Positions 12,805 through 25,230 of a stretch of DNA of 64,000 nucleotides are shown one piece after another. The first letter of the stretch is position 1; each line of letters begins with the position of its first letter. The DNA lies in NCBI RefSeq assembly GCF_963921235.1, contig NC_086097.1:191582001-191646000 (forward strand). The letters are read 5' to 3'. Made by a program: the position numbers and the translations under genes. The stretch is from Mobula hypostoma. Lineage: Eukaryota. Below the pieces are notes generated by a model, which did not search any database, was not told the DNA's origin, and saw only the letters and a program-made list of their open reading frames with translations.

Positions 12805-13590
12805 TCCATGAGCCAGTCCTCATCAGGAGGTCAAAGGTGGAGAGTGTCAGTAACTTTAAATTTCTCAGCTTTATCATTTCAGAGGATCTGTCCAGGGTCC
12901 ATAAAAAAGAAGGCACATTAGCGTCTCTACTTCCTTTGAAGTTTGCTAAGATTTGCAGTCATATAAAAATTTGACAGTTTTCTTTAGGTGCACAGTGGAG
13001 AGTATACTGACTTGTTGCATCATGGCTTAGTACGGAAACACCAATAGTCTTGAACAGAAAAACCTACAAAAGGTAGTCCATCACAGGTAAAGCCGTCTGC
13101 CCCACTAAGTATGTCTACAAGGAGTGCTGCTGCAGGAAGGCAGCATCCATTGTCAATGATCCCCACCATCCAGGCCATGCTCTCTTCTCTCAGCTGCCAT
13201 CAGGAAGGAGGTACAAAAGCCTATGTCCCACACCACCAAGTTCAGGAACATTCATTAACCCTCAACCATCAAGCTCCTGAACCAGAGTGGATAACTTCAC
13301 TCATCCCAGCACTAAGCTGATTCCACAACCTATGGACTACTTTTAAGGATTCTATTATTTAAATTCTTAATAGTTTTTAAAATTATTTATTTATTATCAT
13401 TTTGGCTTGTTTTGTATCTGCACAATTTGTTATCTTTTGCACATTGGTAGCCTGTCTTTCTTACGTGCAGTTTTTCATTGACTCTATTGTGTTTCTTTGT
13501 ATTTGCTGTGAATGCCCACAAGAAAATGAATCTCAGGATAGTATATAGTGATATATATGTACTTTGATACCAAATTTACTTGAACTTTGT
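12805..13590 (+). mobile_element. Degenerate Rex1/Babar-like LINE 3' fragment
   Basis: Homologous to the Rex1 3' regions elsewhere in the window (FKFL..ISEDL, CTVESILT.CI..WYG, HHPGHAL). Ends in a TACTTTGA..AAATTTACTTGAACTTTG tail. Confidence 0.7.
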
Positions 13591-13614
13591 GTTAATGGTA
13601 GTACATAGGGTGAC

Positions 13615-14290
13615 TATCAAGTGGGCTGCTATGTCCTGTATGACATTGATCTTCTTGAGTGTTGTTGAAGATGGACTCATTGAAGCTGGTGGAGATACTC
13701 CATAACTCTCCTGACTTGAGTTTTGCAGATGGTGGACAAGCTTTAGGAGTTGGGAGGTGAGTTACTCAACATAGGATTCCTAGCATCTGACTTGCTCTTG
13801 CAGCCACATTCTGATTATGGTTACTCTAGTTCCATTTTTGTCAGTGGTTATCATCAGGATACAAACAGTGGGGGGAATTTAGTGATAGTATGCCATTAAA
13901 TGTCCAATGATTTTTTTTGGATGTTGTTATGTCTGACACTTGTGTGGTGCAAGTGTTACTTGCTGGCTATCAACTCAGGCCTGCATTTTGTCCAGGTCTT
14001 GGTGCAATTGGATGTGGACTGCTTCACTATCTGAGGAGACACAAATGATGATGAACATTGTGCAATCGTCAGCAAACATCCCTGCTTCTGACCTTACAGA
14101 TGAAGGAAGATCATGAAAGAAGCAGCTATAGATGTTTGTGCCTCCACTACCCAAAGAAACAGCTGCTGTGAAATCCTGGTGCTGAGATGCTGACCTTCAA
14201 CCATCACAGCCATCTTCCTTTGTACTAGATATGATCTGAACCTGCAGAGGGTATCCTTTGATTCATATTTTTAGGATGGATTTCTTGATG
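13615..14290 (-). mobile_element. Old CR1/L2-group LINE RT-region fragment
   Basis: The reverse strand reads as a decayed MFADDCTMF...DLDKMQA...LGILC.VTHL..PKLVH..KTQVRRVMEY segment typical of CR1/L2-group RT C-terminal regions. Confidence 0.55.
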
Positions 14291-14667
14291 CCATTGAGAG
14301 ATACCTAATTGAATTTGTCCTGATTTATGAACCTGAAATGTGAAGGATATTTTCAACATTGATGGGTACATACAATTTTGAAATGTTATCTAGAGATGCA
14401 TCTGGTTCTGCAGTGCAAGTCTTCTGTTCTACAGCTGGGATGCTAGTTGGTACCACTGCTTTTTCTGTATGCCTTTAGAATCTACATGTTGATTCACCCC
14501 ACCCTGTCCTTATCAAGCACCTCTCCACCACGCCCTCTCCAAATGTACTTATGCATGAACTGATTCAGTCATCAGTTGCATGGTCACATGTCGAGTACTA
14601 ACTGAGATTTAGAATGGGATTGTGAGTTACAGTGGATAATGAGAACACATTCAGGGAAACCTTTATA

Positions 14668-14769
14668 GTTAGTCCTGACGAAGGGTCTCGGCCTGAAACG
14701 TCGACTGCGCCTCTTCCTATAGATGCTGCCTGGCCTGCTGCGTTCACCAGCAACTTTGATGTGTGTTGC
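14668..14769 (+). mobile_element. 102-bp hammerhead-bearing Penelope pLTR mini-element with 11-bp TSD
   Basis: Flanked by AAACCTTTATA at 14657-14667 and 14770-14780. Intact hammerhead at 14671-14706. Nearly identical to 767-868. Confidence 0.9.
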
Positions 14770-16103
14770 AAACCTTTATATTTCATGGCTCAAGATAGTG
14801 ACTATGTAGGAGAAAATATTTTACAGATTGCTAAAAAACCCAAAGAACTGTGTCTATCAATCTATTTATGGTGGTAAATGCACTATTATCCGAAATCTGC
14901 TAAGCATGAATGGATCATTTGATAAGAACTTTTAACCAGGACTAGGATATGCCTTCAACTTCCCAAAACCATGTAGCAAAACAAAAGAATTAACAGACCA
15001 CTTTAGTCTCACGACCGCTTTCTTTCAATGCACTTAAAACCGTGCAATGTCCTCATCTTTCAATTTTCCACACCATCTGAAATCTTCAGGCACAAATTTA
15101 TTTTACGTTGAACATGTAATTTAATTGGTTGCACTGTAAAACAGTACATGCACAAATTATAAACTTTAATATGATATCTGAAATATCAAAACAAGAAGGT
15201 ACTTTTCTGACACTAAATTTCAGTAGGTTATTAGTTTTGAAACATTTCATACACTTCTTCAATGAAATGCTTCCATAGAACCATTGTTTAACCCAATTGT
15301 CTGTTGGCCGCAGAATTCATACACTCCAGGTAAATTGGTAACTCATCATTCTACGAATAGTATGAATTGAAATTTAACTTAGAAGCCAGGATCTATTAAG
15401 ATATATATTCTACTGTACCTTCTTCCAAGTTATTCATTTTTTTTTAGTTTCTTCTTTGAACTAGCAGTTCAAGCTAAGAGAAAATCTAATTAGATGGCTT
15501 CCATTACAATTCAGAGTGCAAGGCAACTGTTATCAGTAACACACCATTCATTGATTGCAATCCATATTTTTAGTATGCATAACCAGATGATCTCAGTGAT
15601 TTTGTCACCTCATGAAAGTAAGTATCACCCAGGACTGGCTTTCAGTGAGAGACTTGTTATTTATGATGAAACAAGACTACCTCAACTACGGTATTTTAAT
15701 TGCTATTGTAGATTCAACCTTTAACTCCCTTACTCAACAACGATTACATACATCAGTGAGAATGTGAATAAGCAGATTTTATAATACCCCACTGGAAGTT
15801 ACCTCCATAACTGCTAGTGTTTCTTCTTGGAAGTCTGGTACATATGGAATAGAAGCAGGAGTAGGCTATTCAACCCCTCAAACCTTTTCCAACATTCAAT
15901 AATATCATGTCTAGTACTTCAGGATTACTTCTTGTCCTATCTCCATACACTGATTCACTTAATATCTAAAAGTCAACAGATAATTAACTGAATTTACTCA
16001 GCAATGGAGCTCCATGGTTCTCTTGGACAGAGAATGGGGAAAAAATATCTCTGTAACTTGGCTCTGGGTAAAGAAAACTACTGATTGTACATTTGCTCTG
16101 ATT

Positions 16104-16395
16104 GGGTGATAGAGCTAGTAGAGCAACTGCCTCACGGCTCCAGTGACCTGGGTTTAATCCTGAGTTTGTGTGAAATTAGCACATTCTTCCCACTCTGTTT
16201 TTGACTTTGTGAGCTTCCTCCTGCTTTCCAAAGACACGTTGGTTGGTAATTTTACCGACCATGGCAAATTGCTCCTATTGTGTAAATGAGTGATAGAGTA
16301 ATGGAGATGTTGGGAATATAGGGAGAATAAATTAAGACTGATGTAAAATTCAAAATATCTTATCAAGAACTCAGGTCTGTTTCTCTGCTGTAAGA
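16104..16395 (+). mobile_element. Degenerate tRNA-derived V-SINE (HE1-like)
   Basis: tRNA-like head (AGCTAGTAGAGC..GCCTCAC..CCAGTGACCTGGGTTTAATCC), V-domain-like TGTGTGAAATTAGCACATTCT...TTCCTCC..TCCAAAGAC, and a CR1-like tail CTGTTTCTCTGCTGTA. Confidence 0.6.
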
Positions 16396-18257
16396 CAATA
16401 TTTTATCTCTTACATATGGAGAGTGATGCCCTTGGTTCTACACACACCAGCATCAACCATGCAAAGCTGTCAAGTCCTTTAATAATTGTATTTGTATCAG
16501 TGAAATTAAGGGGTAATTATCAAGGGATAATTTTACTGCTATGGTGTGCTACTAGCCAGGTCTAGCTGGTTTCACTGGCAAGAGTCATTGTTTCATCAAC
16601 CAGCAGATCTGCCCATAAATGAAATACTCCAGACTGAAGGCTGTAGTGTAGCCTTTTTATTCAGCAGTGTGTCAGTCATGATACACCAACACCATGTCTA
16701 TGTACTCCTCATGGAGCCCAACAAGGCAGCATGAACTGTAGAACAAAGTCGGCCAAACAACCACCACTTGGTAACATATTTAGCATTACCAAGCCTTCCT
16801 TGTCTCCTTGTTCTAGACTTTATCCTTGTGTACTATGAACACGAACCTTGATCTCAGTCAAAATGTTTTCCCACCAGTTTTTATGGTGTAAAAATTTGTA
16901 AATAATTGTTGCTGTCTACTCATCTACTCATAAAAGGAATTTATAACTGGACTTTTACTACTGCTCAACAAGTTCTTCTGCATATAGGCTGTCCCCAAAA
17001 GAGACATAAACTGTTTTATAGAGGAGTCCAGGTTGTACCAGTAAATATAGATTTTGCTTCAACAAACAAGAGCATTATGATCTATGAGAGCATCTGAAGG
17101 ATAATCTTGATTGTATACTCCCCCCCGCCAACCAGGAATTCTGACTTTCAGTGGATTTCAGAACTCACTTCGTGTGCCTATGAAATTCATCAGAACCCCA
17201 GTAGAGAAATCACATGAAACAGTTCAAACATCAGTGTTAAATTATGTCTCTTAGGCCACTGAAGCCATCATGGCCAAAGAAAAATACAGATGCATTTTGA
17301 ATTTCAATTGTATAATACCCTTCAGGATTTGCACTTGCAAAGCATCCATATATTTTCATTTAATTAAGCTTATTTTGAAAATCAAAAGAGGTTTAATGTA
17401 TTGATTGGCTTGCTTCATTATAACTATTATATTATTGTAGACACATACATCAATTTTCCTACCTGCTTCCATAACATAAGCCTCTCCATCTTTCATTCGC
17501 ACTGCTTGTTAAAAGTATAGATTTGGCAACAAGTTGAACGTATAATTTGAATTAGCCTGTGTAGTTGCATTTTAATTGAATTTTTTCTTTGTGACTGCTT
17601 TTGAGTAGTTATGTATATTTTAGTCCAAGGCACCAACACACAACACAAATGTTAAAGATCCAGCCATTTTTCTAGTGAAACATAATATTTAATGATGCGC
17701 CAACAATTCAATATTTATTTTAATTGGCTTATTTTCAAGAAAAACCTCAAAATTGATTATATTCTCAAGTCTTCTGCATATCATTTTCATCTCTGGAATC
17801 GTGGTAGATTTTCATGAGGATGAAATTGCCACAAGGATTTTAGAAAAAGTTGTAACAAAACTGGAATTACTCAGATTCTTCATCTAAACTCTTACTGGAA
17901 AATAAATTTTCTCAGCATATTAACTTAGCTTAGAAAATATAGAGATACCTTTTCAGGACAAATGGTTAAAGCACACTTTCCATCATATTTGTCTTCAGAG
18001 AATATCTCCCACATTCTGAAATCTATGAAAAAATCAAAATTGCTGCTTATTTTTCTTGTTTTGTGAAGCTTGGTATGGTTGGAACAAAAAAAGTAGGCAA
18101 TACCAAGTAAAAAACAATTTGTAATGGGAGTTGGGGATTCTAAGAGCCCTATCTTTCTCTATGTTCTTCCCTGCTTCTCAGGCTGAATATGGAATAGTAG
18201 GGTGAAAATCAGAACAAAAAATGCTCTTTGAGGGCAAATAAACCATTTAAATTTCAG

Positions 18258-18357
18258 CAACATACATCAAAGTTGCTGGTGAACGCAGCAGGCCAAGCAG
18301 CATCTATAGGAAGAGGCGCAGTCGACGTTTCAGGCCGAGACCCTTCGTCAGGACTGA
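18258..18357 (-). mobile_element. 100-bp hammerhead-bearing Penelope pLTR mini-element with 13-bp TSD
   Basis: Flanked by ATTTAAATTTCAG at 18245-18257 and 18358-18370. Intact hammerhead at 18320-18355 (minus). Two mismatches to the 14668 copy over the shared ~98 nt. Confidence 0.9.
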
Positions 18358-18635
18358 ATTTAAATTTCAGGCCTTTTAACATGTCTGTTGTGCTAATTAG
18401 GATCAAATAAAGGATAGCTTATTTATTTCAAAATTTAACTTTTTCTCTCTCTTGCAGATGTTAGTCAAACCTGCCGAATATTTTGAGATTCTCTGTATAT
18501 ATTTCATATTTCCAGCAACTGTAGGACTTAATGTTTATATATTTTTTCATTATTATATACACAGTATTCTTCACTTGTTTTGTTACATGAAATCACCCAT
18601 AAATTAGAATATTATATGATGGGAAAGAAAGAATT

Positions 18636-21600
18636 AGAATCAGAATCAGGTTTATTATCACCGTCATGTGACATGACATTTGTTAACTTAGCAGCAGCAG
18701 TTCAATGCAATACATAATATACTTTATACTTTATTGTCGCCAAACAATTGATACTAAAACGTACAATCATCACAGCGATATTTGATTCTGCGCTTCCTGC
18801 TCCCTGAATTACAAATTGATAGTAAATATTAAAAATTTAAATTATAAATCATAAATACAAAACAGAAAAATGGAAAGTAAGGTAGTGCAAAAAAAACCGA
18901 TTGGCAGGTCCGGATATTTGGAGGGTACGGCCCAGATCCGGGTCAGGATCCGTTCAGCAGTCTTATCACAGTTGGAAAGAAGCAGTTCCCAAATCTGGCC
19001 GTACGAGTCTTCAAGCTCCTGAGCCTTCTCCCGGAGGGAAGAGGGATGAAAAGTGTGTTGGCTGGGTGGGTCGTGTCCTTGATTGTCTTGGCAGCACTGC
19101 TCCGACAGCGTGCGGTGTAAAGTGAGTCCAAGGACGGAAGATTGGTTTGTGTGATGTGCTGCGCCACGTTCACGATCTTCTGCAGCTTCTTTCAGTCTTG
19201 GACAAGACGACATCCATACCAAGTTGTGATGCACCCTAGAAGAATGCTTTCTACGGTGCATCTATAAAAATTAGTGAGGGTTTTAGGGGACAGGCCAAAT
19301 TTCTTTAGTTTTCTCAGGAAGTAAAGGCGCTGGTGGGCCTTCTTGGCAGTGGACTCTGCTTGGTTGGACCAAGTCAGGTCATTTGTGATATTGACCCCGA
19401 GGAACTTAAAGCTTTTGATCTGTTCCACTTGCGCACCACCGATGTAAATTGGGTCATGCGGTCCGCTACTCCTTCTGAAGTCAACAACCTATTCCTTCGT
19501 CTTGCTGATGTTGAGGGATAAGTTATTGTCTTCGCACCATGCCACCAGGTTCTTAATTTCCTCTCTGTACTCAAACTCATCATTACCCAAGATACAGCCT
19601 ACAATTGTTGTCTCATCAGCAAACTTATATATTGAGTTCGATGGAAACTTGGCTACACAATCATGGGTGTACAGTGAGTACAGCAGGGGGCTGAGTACAC
19701 AGCCCTGTGGGGCACCGGTGCTCAGAGTGATTGCAGAGGAGAGCTTGTCCCCTATTCTTACAGCCTGGCTCCTGTCTGTGAGGAAGTTGAAGATCCAGCT
19801 GCAGATCTGAGTGCTAAGGCCCAGGTTCCAGAGCTTAGAAATCAGTTTATTTGAAATGATGGTATTAAAGGCATAGCTGTAGTCATGCGTCTTTATTCTC
19901 CGGGTGTTCTAAGGAGGAATGTAGGGCCAGAGAGATGGCATCTGCCATTGATCTGTTGCTCCGGTAGGCGAATTGCAAAGCGTCGAGGTTGACCGGAAGG
20001 CTGTGGTTGATGTGTGCCATAACCAATCGCTCAAAGCACTTCATAGCAATTAATGTCAGAGCCACAGGTCGATAGTCATTCAGGCATGTCACCTCACTCT
20101 TCTTCGGCACTGGGATTATCGTTGCATTCTTAAAACATGAGGGGATCTTAGACTGAAGCAAGGAGCAGTTGAAGATGTCAGCAAATACTCCAGCTAGCTC
20201 GCTTGCACAGGCCCGGAGAACCCGTCCCGGGAAGCCATCTGGGCCCGTCGCCTTCCTTGGATTTATTTTCAGGAAGGCTCTTCCAACGTCCCCCTTGGTG
20301 ATGATGAATCTCGATGCTACCAGGTCCAGTTCATCCAGAGGGAGTGGGACGCTCCTCTTCTGTTTGAGTCTTGCGTAGTATACATTAGTTCGTCAGGAAG
20401 AGAAGCACCACAGTTATTGATATTCCCAGCTTTTTCTTTGTGCCCAGTGATCTCATTTAGACCCTGCCATAGAATATTGGCATCCCTCTGGTTAGCCTGG
20501 GCTCCCAACTTGGCTCGATATTGCCTCTTGGTGCCCTTAATGGCTTTCTGGAGTTCACGCCTGGATTCCGTGTAGCGACTGGTATCCCCGGACCTAAAAG
20601 CTGCAGCTCTCACCTTTAAAACGGACTTGACCTCATAATTCATCCAAGGTTTCCGTTTGGGGAATACCTGGATCGTCTTGCGAGACACACAGTCCTCCGT
20701 GCATTTCCAAATAATGTCCATGACAGCTGAGGCATACTCATCGAGGTTAGCTGCTGAGTCCTTGAATACTAACCAGTCCACCGATTCAAAGCAGTCACGG
20801 AGGACCTCATCCGTTTCCTCCGTCCAACGCGACACTACTTTTGACACCGTGACCTTCAGTTTCCGTTTGTAAGCCGGGAGGAGGAGTACGGCCTGATGGT
20901 CCGATTTTCCAAAGTGAGGTCGTGGGATGGAACGGTATGCATCCTTGACTGCTGTGTAGCAGTGATCAAGTATATTCGGGCCTCTAGTGGGGCAGGAGAC
21001 ATGTTGGTATAACTTTGGCAGTGCCTTTCTGAGGTTGGCCTGGTTAAAGTCCCCGGCTGTAATGAGCAAAGCCTCTGGATACCTGGTCTCAAGTTCACTG
21101 ATGTTGGCATACAGTATGTTCAGAGCACACTCCACGTCTGCCTGGGGGGGGAATGTAGACCGCTGTCAGTATGATTGAGGTGAATTCCCATGGCAGATAG
21201 TAGGGACAACACTTCACCGACAGGTGTTCCAGGTCCCGGCTGCAGGAGCTTGTCAGTGCCACTGTGTCCAAGCACCACGCAGTGTTGATCAGTAGGCAGA
21301 CACCACCTCCCCTCGTCTTGCCCAAAGACACTGTGCGGTCCATCCGATGGATCGAAAATCCCTCCAGTCCAATGGCACAGTCGGGGGTGGCAGGGGAGAG
21401 CCAGGTCTCGGTGAAACAGAATACACAACAGTTCTGCATCTCCCTGCAGTAGGTGAGTCTCCCTTTAAGATCATCCACCTCGTTCTCTATAGCTTGCACA
21501 TTTGCTAGTAGTATGGTGGGCATAGGGACCCCAAAGCCCCTCAGCTTCAATCTGACCAGCAGCCCAGCTCTTTTCCCACATATCCTCGGTAAATAGTGCA

Positions 21601-23150
21601 TCTTTCCAGGTTTCCATCGATGCAGTGTGTTGTTGTCAGCTCTTTGAGGTTGGTGGACACGTCCCGCGGGGATCGATTGGCGAGTCGCGTCATCAGGCAC
21701 TCCGGGTCGGGCCGAGATATAGCAGAGAGAGAAAAAATAAATAAATAAAATAATAATTAAATAAGTAAATCAATTACATATATTGAACAGATTTTTTTAA
21801 ATGTGCAAAAACAGAAATACCGTATATTAAAAAGAGTGAGGTAGTGTCCAAAGCTTCAATGCCCATTTAGGAATCGGATGGCAGAGGGGAAGAAGCTATT
21901 CCTGAATCACTGAGTGTGTGCCTTCAGGCTTCTGTATCTCCTACCTGATGGTTAACAGTGAGAAAAGGGCATGCCCTGGGTGCTGGGGGTCCTTAATAAT
22001 GGATGCTGCCTTTCTGAGACACCGCTCCCTGAAGATGTCCTGGGTACATGTGCCCAAGATGGAGCTGACTAGATTTACAACCTTCTGCAGCTTCTTTCGG
22101 TCCTGTGCAATAGCCCCTTCATACCAGACAGTGATGCAGCCTGTCAGAATGCCCTCCACGGTACAACTATAGAAGTTTTTGAGTGTGTTTGTTGACATGC
22201 CAAATCTCTTCAAACTCCTAATAAAGTATAGCTGCTGTCTTGCCTTCTTTATGACTACATCAATGTGTTGGGACCAAGTTAGGTCCTCAGAGATCTTGAC
22301 ACCGAAGAACTTGAAGCTGCTCACTCTCTCAATTTCTGATCCCTCTATGAGGATTGGTATGTGCTCCTTCGTCCACCATTCCACTAGTTGGCATATCTCA
22401 CTCCTGTACGCCCTCTCGTCACCACCTGAGATTCTACCAGCAATGGCTGTATCGTCAGCAAATTCGTAGATGATATTTGAGCTATGCCTAGCCATACAGT
22501 CACGTGTATACAGAGAGTAGAGCAGTGGGCTAGGCACACATCCCTGAGATGCTCCAGTGTTGATTGTCAGCGAGGAGGATACGTTATCACCAATCCACAC
22601 AGCCTGTGGTCTTCCGGTTAGGAAGTCGAGGATCCAGTTGCAGAGGGAGGTACAGAGGCCTAGGTTCTGCAACATCCCAATCAGGATTGTGGGAATGATG
22701 ATATTAAATGCTGAGCTGTAGTCGATGAACAGCATCCTGATGTAGGTGTTTGTGTTGTTTAGGTGGCCTACAGACGTGTGGAGAGCCATTGAGATTGTGT
22801 CTGATGTTGACCTATTGTGGCACTAGGCAAACTGCAATTGGTTCAGGTCCTTGCTGAAGCAGGAGTTCAATCTAGTCATAACCAACCTCTCGAAGCATTT
22901 CATCACTGTCGATGTGAGTGCTACCAGGCGATAGTCATCAAGGCAACCCACATTACTCTTCTTAGGCACTGGTATAATTGTCTTTTTGAAGCAAGTGGGA
23001 GCTTCTGCCCGTAGCAGTGAGAGGTTTAAAATGTCCTTGAATACTCCTGCTAGTTGGTTGGCACAGGTTTTCAGAGCCTTACCAAGTACTCCATCGGGAC
23101 CTTCTGCCTTGCGAGGGTTCACTCTCTTTAAAGACAGTCTAACATCAGCC
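18636..23150 (-). mobile_element. Rex1/Babar LINE family B, 5'-truncated, split by a nested Rex1 family A copy
   Basis: RT ORFs at 22823-23122 and 21941-22789 ([28 protein letters not shown]). The 3'UTR is split between 21717-21840 and 18636-18720, with a (TTCTGA)n tail. It is collinear with the uninterrupted copy at 26757-27481. Confidence 0.9.
18722..21716 (-). mobile_element. Rex1/Babar LINE family A, near full-length, frameshifted
   Basis: APE (PTILLANVQAIEN, FTETWL, RGGGVC, AGDFN, LDHCY, SDH), RT (YRPVALT, FADE), C-terminal CFFPTVIRLLNGS, (AAAGTAT)n tail. ATATA occurs at both junctions (18717-18721 and 21717-21721). Confidence 0.92.
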
Positions 23151-23542
23151 CGAGAAGAGTTCCAGCACTATTTAAAGTGGCACGCTCCTGCATTGAGCGA
23201 GTGGTTAATAATGTAAGTAGAATACTGTGATCATAAATATTGATATAGGGTACAAAATACGTAAATTATGTTGAATTTGTACAAAAATCTGATTAGGTTA
23301 TGACAAGCAAATTGCATGCAATTCTGTTTTCCAGATTTAGCAAGGATATGAGTTCCAAGAGTGTATGCAAAAAAGATTTATCAACATGGTTCCAAGGGTA
23401 AGAAATTTCAGCCATAATGAAGAAGCCAGGGTTGTTTTCTTTAAACAAATGAAGTTGAGAAGAAATTTGAAGGAAGTGTATAGAATTATCACAAATATCA
23501 AAATGGAGGGGAGGTGCTTCTGTTAGCAGATAATTCAAGGAC

Positions 23543-24193
23543 TAGATTAGATTTTAGATTATGAGGACAAGCAGTCCTCCTTTATTGTCATTTAGTAATG
23601 CATGCATTAGGGAATGATACAATGTTTTTCCAGAATGATATCACAGAAAACACATGACAAACGAAGACTGAAAAACTGTCAAAAACCACATAATTATAGC
23701 ATATAGTTACAACAGTGCAAAGCAATACCGTAATTTGATAAGATCAGACCATGGGCACAGTAATGTCTCAAAGTCTCTTGAAAGTCCCATCATCTCACAC
23801 AGACGGTAAACCTCCAGTGCCGCAAACTTGCCGATGCAGCATCCCGGAAGCATCAGACCACAGTCCAACTCCGAGTCTGTCCGAAAACTCCGAGCCTCCG
23901 ACCAGCTCTCCAACACCAATGCACCGAGAACCATCTCTGCTGAGCGCTTCGACCCCGGCTCCGGCAACAGGCAATGGGCAAGGCCGAGGAATTGGGGCCT
24001 TCCCTCTAGAGATTCTCGATCATACAGTAGCAGCGGTAGCGAAGCAGGCATTTCAGAAGCTTCTCCAAATGTTCCTCCACGCTTCTTCACGTCTGTCTCT
24101 ATCAAATCAGGATCGTGCACGGCCTCCTACTTCACAGATGATATCATTCGGAATGGCCGCGCACACTGCGTCGCGCCGCCATCTTCTCCTCCC
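23543..24193 (-). mobile_element. ~650-bp non-coding, non-autonomous LINE-like element inserted in an old CR1 fragment
   Basis: 5' end GGGAGGAGAAGATGGCGGCG; 3' end AATAAA, GAGGAC-N5-GTCCTC hairpin and (TCTAA)-like tail. A second copy lies at 37488-38090. The flanks (about 23210-23540 and 24200-24450) are a decayed CR1 3' region. Confidence 0.75.
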
Positions 24194-24939
24194 ACAATTT
24201 TAAGACACAATTTTATAATTTGGAATAAAAGATACAAGGGGAAATGTGAGGAAAGATTTTTTTTTAATGCAGAGAGCAGTGAGTGCCTGAACTTAGTGCA
24301 TGGAAGGGTGCCTGTTCATGGTAAATTGATGTATACTTGAGAAAAGAAAAACTAAAAAGCTCGTCAGAAAAGAGCTATGAAATGAGAATGAAGGAAAAGC
24401 TCATCCAGGAATAGGCCGGGAACTGATGGGCCCAATGGTTTCTTCTGTTGTGTAACAATTAAAAGGTTCAATGAAAGCTAAAGAGGAGGAGGATTCTCAG
24501 AAACCCTTACCTTCCCAACAATGGATCTGGCTCCAGGGTTACATACTGTTCTTATCTGAAAAGTGCATGTGGAGTTTTTCCACATACATAAACATTGCTT
24601 CTTTTAACAAAATAATCAGTCACTGCAATATCCACATTGTCCCTTGCAGTCAGAGTACAGTAGCCTTTAATTTCTTTGTGCCTCCATGCCTTAGGAGGTA
24701 CCTGTGGGAACATCAGCAAAGTTGTTTGTGGAATTAAGTGGGTAATTGGTGCCATACTTATTAAATCAGACAATATCAATTTGAGTATATTGTTAGTCAA
24801 CGTTTTAGATATTCACATGGTTGCACACCTTTTCGTCAAGGATGGTGGCTGGCTTTGTGAATTATTGACAAATAATGGTGTATAATCTCTTTTGTCATAT
24901 TATTCTTTAACATTTCCACCACATACCACTATCATTAGC

Positions 24940-25230
24940 AATTCACCACCGCTTTCAGCTTTTCACCACGACCACATTCTTTGTGACTCCCTGGTTTGTT
25001 CTTCCTTCCCTGTCCCTTCCCTTTCTGCAGACACTTTCCCTAACACTGTTATGCAACATTTCTATCTAGGGACCTAAACAGTTCTTCCTGGTGAGGCAGA
25101 GGTTCACATATGCGACACACACATAAAATGGTAGAGGAACTCAGCAAATCAGGCAGCATCTAGTTTCATCAGGACTGGAAAGGAAGGCAGCAGAAGCCAG
25201 GATAAGAAAGTAACAGGAGGGAAAGGCAGG
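24940..25230. mobile_element. Rearranged old Penelope-like remnants
   Basis: GGGACCTAAACAGTTCTTCCTGGTGAGGCAGAGGTTCAC resembles 122-162 (+). ACACACATAAAATGGTAGAGGAACTCAGCAAATCAGGCAGCATCT..TTCATCAGGACTG is an inverted pLTR. Confidence 0.55.

Noticed and set aside
14598..14877. Recurrent peptide VSPDEGSRPETSTAPLP/LLVNAAGQAAS in three ORFs
   Set aside because: It is the hammerhead/pLTR nucleotide repeat read through, not a protein family.
23707..24340. Overlapping 137-170 aa ORFs
   Set aside because: They arise from a GC-rich repeat, have no domain motifs, and the frames are not preserved in the second copy at 37488-38090.
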